DNA of 64,000 bases, from the NCBI GenBank assembly GCA_030599585.1, contig JAUVNS010000004.1, positions 224,001 through 288,000 on the forward strand. The letters are read 5' to 3'. The stretch is from Promethearchaeota archaeon. Lineage in GTDB: Archaea; Asgardarchaeota; Lokiarchaeia; Sigyniarchaeales; SOKP01. Below are positions 1-9,544 of this stretch, in pieces. Made by a program: the position numbers and the translations under genes. A model generated the notes under the pieces. It worked only from the letters and a program-made list of their open reading frames with translations. It was not told where the DNA came from and did no database searches. The first letter of the stretch is position 1, and each line of letters starts with the position of its first letter.

Positions 1-2
1 TT

Positions 3-356
3 AAAAACGACTATCAGTGGTTAAAATTCGCTGTTTTTGAAGGAATGATAAATAAGAAAAATTTTACCGATTTCGACAAAAAGCAATATTTTAGTGCTTG
101 GACGCAACCGGGGGCAATTTTGGGAGGCGTAAATTATTACAGAGCAAATTTAAGCTTCAAAAACTTGACGGGAAAAATAACCGTGCCTACTTTAGTTATC
201 CACGGGATGAAAGATGTGGCGGTACTACCATCTGTTTTGGACGAATTATCTAATTATGTGAGCGATTTAAAAGTCATTCGCGCTGAAAATGCGTCTCATT
301 GGGTTATGCACGATGTTCCTGAATTAATAGTTTCCTCCTTTAAGGAATTCTTCTAA
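3..356 (+). CDS. alpha/beta hydrolase (epoxide hydrolase-like), 5'-truncated at window edge
   Basis: Frame is open back to nt 3. C-terminal motifs NYYRA, PTLVIHGMKD and ASHWVMHDVP match the catalytic Asp/His region of epoxide hydrolase-like enzymes. Confidence 0.8.
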   Translation, partial: KNDYQWLKFAVFEGMINKKNFTDFDKKQYFSAWTQPGAILGGVNYYRANLSFKNLTGKITVPTLVIHGMKDVAVLPSVLDELSNYVSDLKVIRAENASHWVMHDVPELIVSSFKEFF

Positions 357-550
357 TTTTTCGTCTGAGTTTTCCCTTTCATTAGCCCATTTAATGATTT
401 CAGTTATTTCTTATTATTATATCAAGGTATATCTCTTTTATTCGATTTAATATAACATAAACCATAGATTTATATGGTTACATTTTCATGAAAAATCATA
501 GGAAAATATTTAACTTTAATCTAAAATTACAATAATAGAAAAATCACTTT

Positions 551-1003
551 TTGAAAAATATGCCAGAAAAAGAAGCTTGGGCTTACCAGCTTGATTGGTT
601 AAATATTGTAACAATCTTGGGATTAGATTCAATTGACCAGGTCTCCGAAGATAAAAGAATTAGAGTAACCAAAAAGCTCTCTAAACTCTACGATTCAGAA
701 TCTCTGCTATCGTTTAAACCTCAAGAATTGGATGAGTTAGTCGCAAGTGAATTAAAAAACCTTATGGAAAAAGAATTAAGGATACATGCAAAACAAAAAG
801 AAAGAATACAGAAACAAATGAAAAATAGAATGCCTTCCTTCAAACAACCAGGCGTAATACCAATTGACATGAACGATTTAAAAAATTTACCTGACGAAAT
901 AAAAAAAATGCTTTCTAAGATGTTTATGCAGAATGAAGGGGACGACGATAAGGACGATGATGGCGACAATTATAGCGAAGATAATAACTCTTACTATATT
1001 TAA
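551..1003 (+). CDS. hypothetical protein with acidic C-terminal tail
   Basis: 150-aa ORF filling the gap; no recognised motif; start may be the ATG at 560. Confidence 0.6.
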   Translation: MKNMPEKEAWAYQLDWLNIVTILGLDSIDQVSEDKRIRVTKKLSKLYDSESLLSFKPQELDELVASELKNLMEKELRIHAKQKERIQKQMKNRMPSFKQPGVIPIDMNDLKNLPDEIKKMLSKMFMQNEGDDDKDDDGDNYSEDNNSYYI

Positions 1004-1031
1004 CCTAAGTTAATAAAATAAAAAAAAGATT

Positions 1032-2654
1032 TTAAGAGATTTTATTTATCAAACGATTTATATCTGCTTTTTTAACTTTTTTGTAGAATATGTAGAATAC
1101 TAGATATATACTAGATGACCATATAATCCAAGAGAGCGCTTGGTATGTATCTATGTTTAAAAAATAGTTAATTAAATCTTCTAAAACATAAAATCCTAAA
1201 TCTGTTAACTTTCCTGGAAAATCAACAATTTTAGGATAAAATTGAATGGCAATGGTTTCGTGTGTGTTGTTTTTTAAGTTCTTAAAAATGTTTGCTATGG
1301 TTTTATTGCTTGGATCATCTAATTTTAATTTGGTAAATGTGTTTAAATCTTCATTAGTGTGAATATCGGACCCTGCTATGCAAATTAAACTGTTATTTTT
1401 GCAAAATTCACGAATTTCTGTGTATTTATTATAGCTTCCCCCGTTGATAATTTCAAAACCGTCAACGCCCCAATCTCTTAATTGTTCAAGAGTATAAGGG
1501 GTACCAAATCCTCCTTCAGGATTAAGTTCATACTGATAATGGTTTACCGTTATAAAACCGCCATTAGCTTTTACATAAATGATTAGTTCTGAAGCATTCA
1601 TAACTTCTGGGCCACCAAGGGCGTATGATTCGGGAGGGACGATTTCTTCTTCTAACCCAAAATAATTCATATGAATTTCGGGGTCAGGTTCGTGATTTGT
1701 CCATTCTTCCGCAATCCAAACTGTAAAATCCAATCCGTTCTTCTCTACGAATTCGCGAGCAACTAGAGCCCCTCTAATATTATCGTGATCGGAAAAAGCA
1801 GCTCCTGAAATTCCATGTTCAATATACCACAAAACTCTCTCCTCGGGAGTAAGCCACCCATCGGAAAAAGTCGTGTGAACGTGAAAATCAAATAAAAACT
1901 CATCGTCCTCTAGAGATGTGGTGGGCACGATTCTGTGAGGAGGAAATTGTATTGACAATAAAATAACGTTAGAACCAAGTAGTAAAAATATAATCCCGGT
2001 AAAATAGACTAACTCTTTTTTCAAATTATAGGTAATTCGTGTATTTTTTGACTTCGCCCGACGATTGTTATTTTCGATTTTTCCAGCAAGGTTAAGGTTC
2101 AGTCTAGGATGGATTAGCTTTAATAACGTGTATCCAACCTTTATTCCAAGTAAAATAAAGCATAGGTGTATTCCAACTTGAACAGGAACCATGAAATACC
2201 GGCTGACAAAGAAAAAGCCTTGGATTAAGTACCCTATTATGATTATTAATAAGATTACTACAAGCGTTATTGAAAAGATTTTAAATGCAAAATAAATGAT
2301 GTCATTCAAAACATGCCTAACTTGGTTGTATTTTTTTGAATGCAGTTTACCCCTCTTTCTTAAGAACACATAAACAACTCGTAGAATTGGATAAATTATT
2401 AAGAATAGCAAGAGCCAAGTAAATTCATATTCCAAGATAAAGGCAATTATTGCAAAAGGTTCGATGACGTATCTAAGCCATGGTAAAATACTAGAATATT
2501 CGGAAGAAACATCGATTTGTCCAAGAGCATCGTAAAAAACGATCTCTCTCGTCCCTACTACAGCTAAAACAAGCAAGATAGCAATCCAAATAGAAAAGAG
2601 TAATGATATTACTGAAAATACTTTATTTTTTAATAAAAAAGACTTTAGACGCAT
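1032..2654 (-). CDS. multi-pass membrane protein with PHP-family metal-dependent phosphoesterase domain
   Basis: Several N-terminal TM helices; PHP motifs DFHVHTTFSDG, SDHD, EE..H, NH, GSDIH; C-terminal TM helix. Confidence 0.8.
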   Translation of the reverse strand: MRLKSFLLKNKVFSVISLLFSIWIAILLVLAVVGTREIVFYDALGQIDVSSEYSSILPWLRYVIEPFAIIAFILEYEFTWLLLFLIIYPILRVVYVFLRKRGKLHSKKYNQVRHVLNDIIYFAFKIFSITLVVILLIIIIGYLIQGFFFVSRYFMVPVQVGIHLCFILLGIKVGYTLLKLIHPRLNLNLAGKIENNNRRAKSKNTRITYNLKKELVYFTGIIFLLLGSNVILLSIQFPPHRIVPTTSLEDDEFLFDFHVHTTFSDGWLTPEERVLWYIEHGISGAAFSDHDNIRGALVAREFVEKNGLDFTVWIAEEWTNHEPDPEIHMNYFGLEEEIVPPESYALGGPEVMNASELIIYVKANGGFITVNHYQYELNPEGGFGTPYTLEQLRDWGVDGFEIINGGSYNKYTEIREFCKNNSLICIAGSDIHTNEDLNTFTKLKLDDPSNKTIANIFKNLKNNTHETIAIQFYPKIVDFPGKLTDLGFYVLEDLINYFLNIDTYQALSWIIWSSSIYLVFYIFYKKVKKADINRLINKIS

Positions 2655-2712
2655 AAATATTACTTTGTTCTTATCCTTTAAAATATAAACTATACCAAGT
2701 TCTTTCTAAAAT

Positions 2713-3906
2713 TTAAATAAAAGTATCCAATGTTTTTAGAAAATCGGAAAACTTTTGATATATTCTTACATCAACTACAGGTAAGTTTTCACATATTAGT
2801 TGAGTTAATTCCTTCTTATCTATTTTACATCTATAAAAAGGCTTTTTACCTTTCAACAGAAGAAAAAGTACTGGAGTCTGGATATTTGAAGGATTAAAAT
2901 CTAAATTTTTGTCTAATTCGAAAGACTTTTTTAACTTTTGAATAATGCATTCATACATTTTTTCTTTTGTTCTAAATTCTGTTTTAAAATAGATGTGTTC
3001 CCATCGAGAGGTTCTATTTGGTAATCGAATTTTTTTAACACATTTGGTATAGATCTCGTTTTTAGTTATTGAGACTAAAAATATTCCTCTTATGAATGAA
3101 AAATCCGAGGAACACGCGGCTTCAGATGATCCCGGATTAAAAATCCAGTCGTCCAAGATAAATTGTAAGTGAAAATGACCAAGTGCTAAATAATTTACTC
3201 TCTCCTTTAGCATTTGGATTCTTCGGTAATCAACACCAGGAACATGTTCCATTTGGCCTTTAATTCCAAAATGCTGAAGAAGAATGTGAAAAAAATCGTC
3301 GTCTTTTACGATTCCGTTGTTCAGCTTTAAAAGATATTCCTCTGGATTTTGCCCTAAGTATCTCGTACCGTAAATAACTACATTTTTTATTCTGATCTTG
3401 CCACCTTTCCGAGCTTTGAAATCGTATTCTTTAAACATTTCGTCCGGCGGTAATTCTACATCCGCATCAAGCAAAATGATTAATCCTAAACTCGCTAATA
3501 ACTTTAACCAAGACTGACCCCGCTGCTTAAACCTTTGACCTCTCGAAAATTTGCGAATATCGTGGTTTCCTTCAATTGCTATTATTAAAATTTGGTTTTT
3601 CGTGACTTTTTTAAAATTTGTCAGAAGATTAACTATTTTGGTTAATTTCCCCGGTAGCATTTCTAAGGATGTAAAAACATCTCCCCCTAATAACAAAAAA
3701 TCTACTTGATGGATAATAGCTAAAGATAAAATTTCCTCAAAAGCAAAAATAAAATCGTTCGCACGATAATCGTTACGATATTGGTGACTGCCTAAATGAA
3801 TGTCACTAGCGTGGATAAATTTTATTGAGTGCTTATTATCGCATGGAATTATTGTTAGATTCTCTAAATTTGGGTCAAATACTTTGGCACTCGTCATTAA
3901 CATCAA
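2713..3906 (-). CDS. Mre11/SbcD-like metallophosphoesterase (DNA repair exonuclease family)
   Basis: Motifs SDIHLG, GGDVF, GNHD, HFG, LGHFH, NPGS. Confidence 0.8.
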   Translation of the reverse strand: MMLMTSAKVFDPNLENLTIIPCDNKHSIKFIHASDIHLGSHQYRNDYRANDFIFAFEEILSLAIIHQVDFLLLGGDVFTSLEMLPGKLTKIVNLLTNFKKVTKNQILIIAIEGNHDIRKFSRGQRFKQRGQSWLKLLASLGLIILLDADVELPPDEMFKEYDFKARKGGKIRIKNVVIYGTRYLGQNPEEYLLKLNNGIVKDDDFFHILLQHFGIKGQMEHVPGVDYRRIQMLKERVNYLALGHFHLQFILDDWIFNPGSSEAACSSDFSFIRGIFLVSITKNEIYTKCVKKIRLPNRTSRWEHIYFKTEFRTKEKMYECIIQKLKKSFELDKNLDFNPSNIQTPVLFLLLKGKKPFYRCKIDKKELTQLICENLPVVDVRIYQKFSDFLKTLDTFI

Positions 3907-4005
3907 TTAAAAGACATTATTTTGATATAAGGATAAAGTGTCAATGAAAACATATAAACCAAAAAGGACTATAAAAATAGTAAAAAAAAGAGGTAAAAGT
4001 TTATT

Positions 4006-5265
4006 TCAAGTAAAGTACAGCTTTTCTTTTAATGAACTATTTATTTGTTTAAGCAGTTGTCGTTTAACTCCGCTGTCAAACTCATAATGTCTCGTATTTA
4101 AAAATTCTTCAAGTAATTCTTTATTAAGGTTTGGATATTCGTTAGTTTTTACCCAGCTAATTGCTTCTTCTATTAACTTACCATCTCCACCACCAACAAA
4201 AGGGGGTAAGTAAAAGTCTGCAATTATTTTAGAAGAATAGAGCGTTCTAACATATAACCCTTTATGCTCTAAATTACGATACAAATGAGGTACTTTTTCC
4301 GAAAGGGTATCTATTACAACATTTTTACCTGCTTTTTGGATTTTTTTGTACAGAGGGATCCATTCTTCTGATCCTTGCGGCTGTCGACCTGCTCCTGATA
4401 CCCATTGGATACCCGTTAAGTGAGAGATTGATAAAAAATCATCTAAAAACGGAATTTGATAGGGACCATCCATATGATAAATTCCATAATCCATATGTTC
4501 AATTTGAGTAATTATATCTGGTAAAGCAAACCTTTTAAACCATTTTGGATTAAGCATTGCGATAAAGTCACATTGCACAGGATACCAACTTTTCCTACAC
4601 CAAATATTAAGCCAAGCATTAAAGCCTTTGCAATCCCTCTTAATCATTTCATAAAGCTTGTCGTAGATTTTTAATAACTTTTCAAGAATTATTTCTCGGC
4701 AAGTATCTATTATGTGTGGTTTACGTTTCATAGTTAGTAATAGATTAGTTGGCCCTAAGAACGATGAAAGAATATCTAAAACACCTCCAAGATCTGTAAT
4801 TGAAATCTGATAATTCTCTTTCGCTCTCTTCACAGCATACTCTGTAATTCTAAGAATCCTTGAATACCATTCGTTATTCTGGTTTAATTTTACACTTTCA
4901 AGGAGAGATATTATTTCTTCTGGTTTGGTTGGGCGACTGAACCAAACAGTTTCAGATTTAAATTCAGGTTCAACGCCAAAAATAGCTGCAACTACGCCCG
5001 GTCCGTAATTTGGAAAATAAGAAGGTATTGCTTCTCCACCATAAAATGTTTTTTCCGCAGTTTTCTCAAATTTATCAAGAGCTTCCTCGATACTCTCTGG
5101 GTTTTTTGCTAACCTCCAATCTTGCCCTAAGGCGTCTAAATAACCTCCAATGGATGACCTTTTCTTCGAAAAATAGTACGATATAACCGGACGATCAATT
5201 ACCTCGTGATCCCACCACGCATCCATGCGTTCTTTCGATTCTTCAATATCTTCTTTTAATAACAT
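4006..5265 (-). CDS. uroporphyrinogen decarboxylase-like / MtaA-CmuA superfamily protein
   Basis: ERMDAWW..DRP N-terminus, DLGG.LD, QCDF.AML.P..F..FALP, YHMDG and IQWV.GAG patterns typical of URO-D-like TIM barrels. Confidence 0.6.
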   Translation of the reverse strand: MLLKEDIEESKERMDAWWDHEVIDRPVISYYFSKKRSSIGGYLDALGQDWRLAKNPESIEEALDKFEKTAEKTFYGGEAIPSYFPNYGPGVVAAIFGVEPEFKSETVWFSRPTKPEEIISLLESVKLNQNNEWYSRILRITEYAVKRAKENYQISITDLGGVLDILSSFLGPTNLLLTMKRKPHIIDTCREIILEKLLKIYDKLYEMIKRDCKGFNAWLNIWCRKSWYPVQCDFIAMLNPKWFKRFALPDIITQIEHMDYGIYHMDGPYQIPFLDDFLSISHLTGIQWVSGAGRQPQGSEEWIPLYKKIQKAGKNVVIDTLSEKVPHLYRNLEHKGLYVRTLYSSKIIADFYLPPFVGGGDGKLIEEAISWVKTNEYPNLNKELLEEFLNTRHYEFDSGVKRQLLKQINSSLKEKLYFT

Positions 5266-5365
5266 AATAATAAACCTACCATCAAATTGAATATTTCATA
5301 TGCCAAAATTATTAATCTTTTTTGAATTATTCGAATTATTTTATTACGACAAATAGATAATTAGA

Positions 5366-5950
5366 ATGAAGCAAGTTAAAGGAACACAGTTCGAAACTGG
5401 TGTAATTCACGGAAGATTTCAAATACTTCACAACGATCATGTGAAATTTCTCCTAGCAGGAAAAAAACTATGTGATCATTTAATTGTGGGAATTACCAAT
5501 CCTGATCCTAGCCTCACTAAAGCTCACGATTCAAATCCTCATCGCAGTACGCTTATCGCTAACCCTATGACATATTATGAACGATATGTAATGGTAAGAG
5601 AAACTTTATTAGAAAGTGGTTTAGAATTATCAGATTTCTCTATTGTGCCGTTTCCTATTAACGTTCCTGAGTTAATAAAATATTACGTCCCCATGGATGC
5701 GGTGTTCTTCCTCTCGATTTACGATGGTTGGGGTAGACAAAAAAAAGAGTATTTAGAGACGTTAGGGTTGAAAGTTCATGTTCTATGGGAAGTATCGTTG
5801 GAAGAAAAGGGATTGAGTGGAAGCGATATTCGCAATTCAATACTAAAAGGAGAACCTTGGGAACATTTCTTACCTGCTGCGGTAGTAAAACTCGTAAAAA
5901 AGTGGGACATCATTACTCGAATGAGTAAATCAAGCAAACAAGAATTTTAA
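5366..5950 (+). CDS. cytidylyltransferase-family nucleotidyltransferase (NMN adenylyltransferase-like)
   Basis: HGRFQILHNDH (HxxH), NPMTYYER and LSGSDIR motifs. Confidence 0.8.
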   Translation: MKQVKGTQFETGVIHGRFQILHNDHVKFLLAGKKLCDHLIVGITNPDPSLTKAHDSNPHRSTLIANPMTYYERYVMVRETLLESGLELSDFSIVPFPINVPELIKYYVPMDAVFFLSIYDGWGRQKKEYLETLGLKVHVLWEVSLEEKGLSGSDIRNSILKGEPWEHFLPAAVVKLVKKWDIITRMSKSSKQEF

Positions 5951-5980
5951 TCGATCAAGATATTTATTTTTAATTAAACA

Positions 5981-6391
5981 TTGAAAGAAAAAATCATGAA
6001 TGATACTGAAACAATTAAAGCTCTAACCCAACTAAAAGATGGTAAAAATATTAACATAAAGACCTTCCGTAAGAATGGGGAAGGTGCAGCTACCCCCGTC
6101 TGGTTTGTGGAAGATAAAGATTTTTTTTATATTTGTACGGGAGGGGCAACTTACAAAGTTAAACGAATTCGCAATAATCCTGAGGTTCAAATTGCTGCAT
6201 CTGATGCGAGTGGAAACCCCAAAGGTAAGTATTTTGAGGGAAAAGCTAGAATTCTGGAAAAAGACGAGGTAGATCCCTTTTATTCATTATTTCGGAAGAA
6301 GTACAGTGGATTTAGAATGTGGAATTTCTTTGCAAATTTAGGAAAAAAGGAAGAAAAGAAGCAAGTTTATCTAGAAGTCACATTAAAGTAA
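5981..6391 (+). CDS. PPOX-class (F420-dependent) oxidoreductase
   Basis: TFRKNG...TPVWF and KVKRIRNNPEV split-barrel motifs. Confidence 0.8.
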   Translation: MKEKIMNDTETIKALTQLKDGKNINIKTFRKNGEGAATPVWFVEDKDFFYICTGGATYKVKRIRNNPEVQIAASDASGNPKGKYFEGKARILEKDEVDPFYSLFRKKYSGFRMWNFFANLGKKEEKKQVYLEVTLK

Positions 6392-6655
6392 ACTAAGGAG
6401 AATGTAATAACAAAAAATGTGTTTTTCAAAACCAAGTAATATTAAGCAAATAGCAGATCAAAATGTGGAGAGCCTGCTCTTAGTCATTAAAAAGATTAAG
6501 TATTTGTGAAATAGAAATGATTAAGACGACTTGATTATTTTTATTAAAACTCTTTAAGTAAGGCATTTTCAGCATAATTTCAACTGGTACTTAAAGAAAA
6601 TATGTAAGTCCTTTAGGCTAAATAAATAAATATTTAGTCTATTTCTTAATATCAA

Positions 6656-7120
6656 ATGAAATTAATACAAAAAATAATACAAAAAAAGGAAACTATCAAG
6701 GAAAGTTTCTTTAAAAGCGTAATATACAGGATTATAACAATATTTCTTGGGATGCTCGTTATATTTATAGTTACTGGGAATGTACTTGCTGCTTTTTCTA
6801 TTGGATTTGCCACAGAAACAGTTCAATTTGTTTATTATTTTTTCTACGAAGCTGTATGGACTCATTATCACGACAAACGATTAAGAATCAAAATTGAAAG
6901 AACGAGGAAAGTCGATATTAAATTAGATTTTGACCTTTTAAAAGAAATTTCTTTCGAATTCTCTCAAACAGATACTTATGTCAAAGAACCATATGAGTCT
7001 ATAATGTCTTTTTTTGAAAATTTATTACAAAACGAGAATTTAGCAGAAATACACGAGGAAATTCAAAGAGACAGGATATATTTTGAATTGAAACATAAAA
7101 ATCGGGAATTTATGAAATAA
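6656..7120 (+). CDS. DUF2061-like membrane protein with soluble C-terminal extension
   Basis: KS..YRI....(TM)..TG......IG.....(TM)YYF.E..W pattern. Confidence 0.65.
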   Translation: MKLIQKIIQKKETIKESFFKSVIYRIITIFLGMLVIFIVTGNVLAAFSIGFATETVQFVYYFFYEAVWTHYHDKRLRIKIERTRKVDIKLDFDLLKEISFEFSQTDTYVKEPYESIMSFFENLLQNENLAEIHEEIQRDRIYFELKHKNREFMK

Positions 7121-7135
7121 TTTTAAAATTTAAGC

Positions 7136-9289
7136 TTAATAAGCTAAATCTACCTTTTTGTTTCTCCTCAAACTTCTAAAAACAACTACGCATGAAATAC
7201 CGAAAAGAAAAACTAGAAGCGTTGATAATACGACTATAGGAATAAAACTCAAAGGGGTTTCTATCTTGAAACTAATTATTTGATTGCCAATTACCGTATT
7301 ATTACAATAATCACGAGCTACAAACATCATGATATAATCGCCAGGTTGTAACTTATTTAATGTAAAACTAAATCTATTTCGATTCTGATCCCATGAATTG
7401 AGATATTGGTAGAATTCGTACGTCGCCATATTGTTTGTAGAAATTAAGAGAAATAAACTTTCTATTCCCGATTCATTATCGTTCAATCTTATGTCGAATT
7501 GCATGTTGTCCGAAACAGTTGGTTCAAGGGGAAAACTATACACATTCGCAATTTCTGGCTGAATCATGTCGGGAATCGTACTAAAACTAAAGTTAGAGGG
7601 GATTAAATTGTGTCCGGTGATAACAACGCTATAATTTTCGTACGGTCGATCAGGCAACCTAATGATAACATCACCATTCTTGTCGGCATATTCCGTGTGA
7701 TAACTACCATTAAAAGACTTAAAATGGACTCGTGCGTAAGGTACAGGTTTAGAATTAATGTTTTTTATTGACGTGTTTATCATCTGTCCTGAGAAATAAT
7801 AATCTGTAAAAGGATTTTGGGCATTTGTGGGCTCCTTGGTATAAATATCGACTATCGGATCTCCAAGCAAGTTATAAGAAAGAAGATTTTTTCTCTCATA
7901 TTCGTATCGAATTGAACTTCTATAGGCTCTGTCTCCAGTAAAATAATCGCTCTCTAAATACGCTACTTTAGAATCGAATAAAGCTTGACCTTGACGAAAC
8001 TTTTTCTCCTCAAAGAACTGCTGCCAAAATAGCTTAGCGTTACCCCTGTTGAGTTTTTCTAAAGGATAATCCTTTTCTAAATACCATGTTACGCGAAGCC
8101 CGCCAATAAATCCAATAGCACCAGAGTTCATTTGTTTAATAAGAATTTCTCCTATGCTACCATCTCCTACGTCGTACGAGGATGTTGTACACGCGTCGGC
8201 GTAAAACAAAGAGGACATATTTAAATTACCACTCGATGAAGCGTCAGCGGTATTGTAGTAGTTGCCAGGGAAGGGCAAGGAGCTTGCATCTTTAATCTGA
8301 GATGGATCTGCATGTCCAGCAATAATCACTGTAGAATAACCAGAATTAAATTCATCACGAAAACTTGTTATAGTAAGATCGCCAAGGGAATTTGGCGCAG
8401 GTGGAACGCTTGGCGTAAAATTAGACGTTGTTTTTGCTAAATGAGTAAAATTCATTTCTGAGATTGTGTAATTTTGCCAAATTTTTTCCATCAAACGAGC
8501 TTCGTCTTCAGGTGGAGAATACGAAGAGATACCACCTGCTAGTAACATTCGATTCATCCAATCACCCAAATATGGGTCGCTTTCGTATTTAAGAGTTTTA
8601 TTAATCATATGAGCTAATTCGGTCGGACTACTCGCAGGGAATCTGCCAACGTACACGTCTGGAACCCAGGTTATCTCGTCAATTCCGTTATCGTTATAAT
8701 CTTCCGATTCTCCGTAGTCTCCATCTCCATCTTGGTCCCAAGTGCCAACAAGCGCTGAATAATAGAAATCCGTTGGCTTGTAATACTCGTTCCAGGAGGC
8801 GTGCTCTGTTCCCTCATATTCAACCGTATCAGGATTATACACGTATCTTATAGGGATTAAACTCTCTTCAGCGTCGCCGGCTAAAAGAACCCATTGGATA
8901 TTTTCTTTGTCGTAGAACTCTTTTATCATGTTCCGTATCTTCTCAGCGGTGTCAACGCCATCGTACTCCGAAAAATTCGAAAGAATTTGAGTTTTTACCC
9001 CAATACTATCTCTCCATTCTTTTAAAGGTCTGACCGCGTCAATATATTGACTGTCATTCGGAGTAATTATTAGCATTTCCGTTTTAGGATCGCTCCAAGA
9101 AATTTGATTAATATCAGGAAGATGTGTGAGATCGAGCGTAGAGTTATTACTGGTGAGAGGAATTATACTTGCAACAACTGGTTTATCATTTTTAATAAAC
9201 GTTTGAGAAATTGTTAGCATCGAGGGAAAAAACAGCATCAATAACAAGATGATGGAACTTCTTCTCCTCAAGGAATTAGGCTTTTTCAT
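7136..9289 (-). CDS. C25-family (gingipain-like) cysteine peptidase, secreted and membrane-anchored
   Basis: N-terminal signal peptide; VLLAGD, PTDFYY, PDVYVGRFP, catalytic AGHA and ADACTT, YNLLGDP; C-terminal TM plus basic tail. Confidence 0.85.
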   Translation of the reverse strand: MKKPNSLRRRSSIILLLMLFFPSMLTISQTFIKNDKPVVASIIPLTSNNSTLDLTHLPDINQISWSDPKTEMLIITPNDSQYIDAVRPLKEWRDSIGVKTQILSNFSEYDGVDTAEKIRNMIKEFYDKENIQWVLLAGDAEESLIPIRYVYNPDTVEYEGTEHASWNEYYKPTDFYYSALVGTWDQDGDGDYGESEDYNDNGIDEITWVPDVYVGRFPASSPTELAHMINKTLKYESDPYLGDWMNRMLLAGGISSYSPPEDEARLMEKIWQNYTISEMNFTHLAKTTSNFTPSVPPAPNSLGDLTITSFRDEFNSGYSTVIIAGHADPSQIKDASSLPFPGNYYNTADASSSGNLNMSSLFYADACTTSSYDVGDGSIGEILIKQMNSGAIGFIGGLRVTWYLEKDYPLEKLNRGNAKLFWQQFFEEKKFRQGQALFDSKVAYLESDYFTGDRAYRSSIRYEYERKNLLSYNLLGDPIVDIYTKEPTNAQNPFTDYYFSGQMINTSIKNINSKPVPYARVHFKSFNGSYHTEYADKNGDVIIRLPDRPYENYSVVITGHNLIPSNFSFSTIPDMIQPEIANVYSFPLEPTVSDNMQFDIRLNDNESGIESLFLLISTNNMATYEFYQYLNSWDQNRNRFSFTLNKLQPGDYIMMFVARDYCNNTVIGNQIISFKIETPLSFIPIVVLSTLLVFLFGISCVVVFRSLRRNKKVDLAY

Positions 9290-9544
9290 TTTCGAATCCT
9301 AAGAGTCAGTATCTTAATTTAATATTGTAATAATATAATAGAGCTATTTAATTATAACTTCTTTAATTATATTTGAAAGCTCTATTGTTTAAAAATAACC
9401 AATACTCGCAGATTGAATGTTTCAAGATATCGACATAAGTTTTAAAAAAAAGTTTAGTCTGACTCAGAGTTATGTGATTGATTTATCATCAAAAATTTAA
9501 TCAAATTGACAAAAAATAGTAAAAATAAAATAATAAAAGATTAG

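Noticed and set aside
6412-6509. GGAG-ATG-TAA start-stop and a 30-aa ORF (MCFSKPS...) in the spacer
   Set aside because: No compositional bias or motif; expected by chance.
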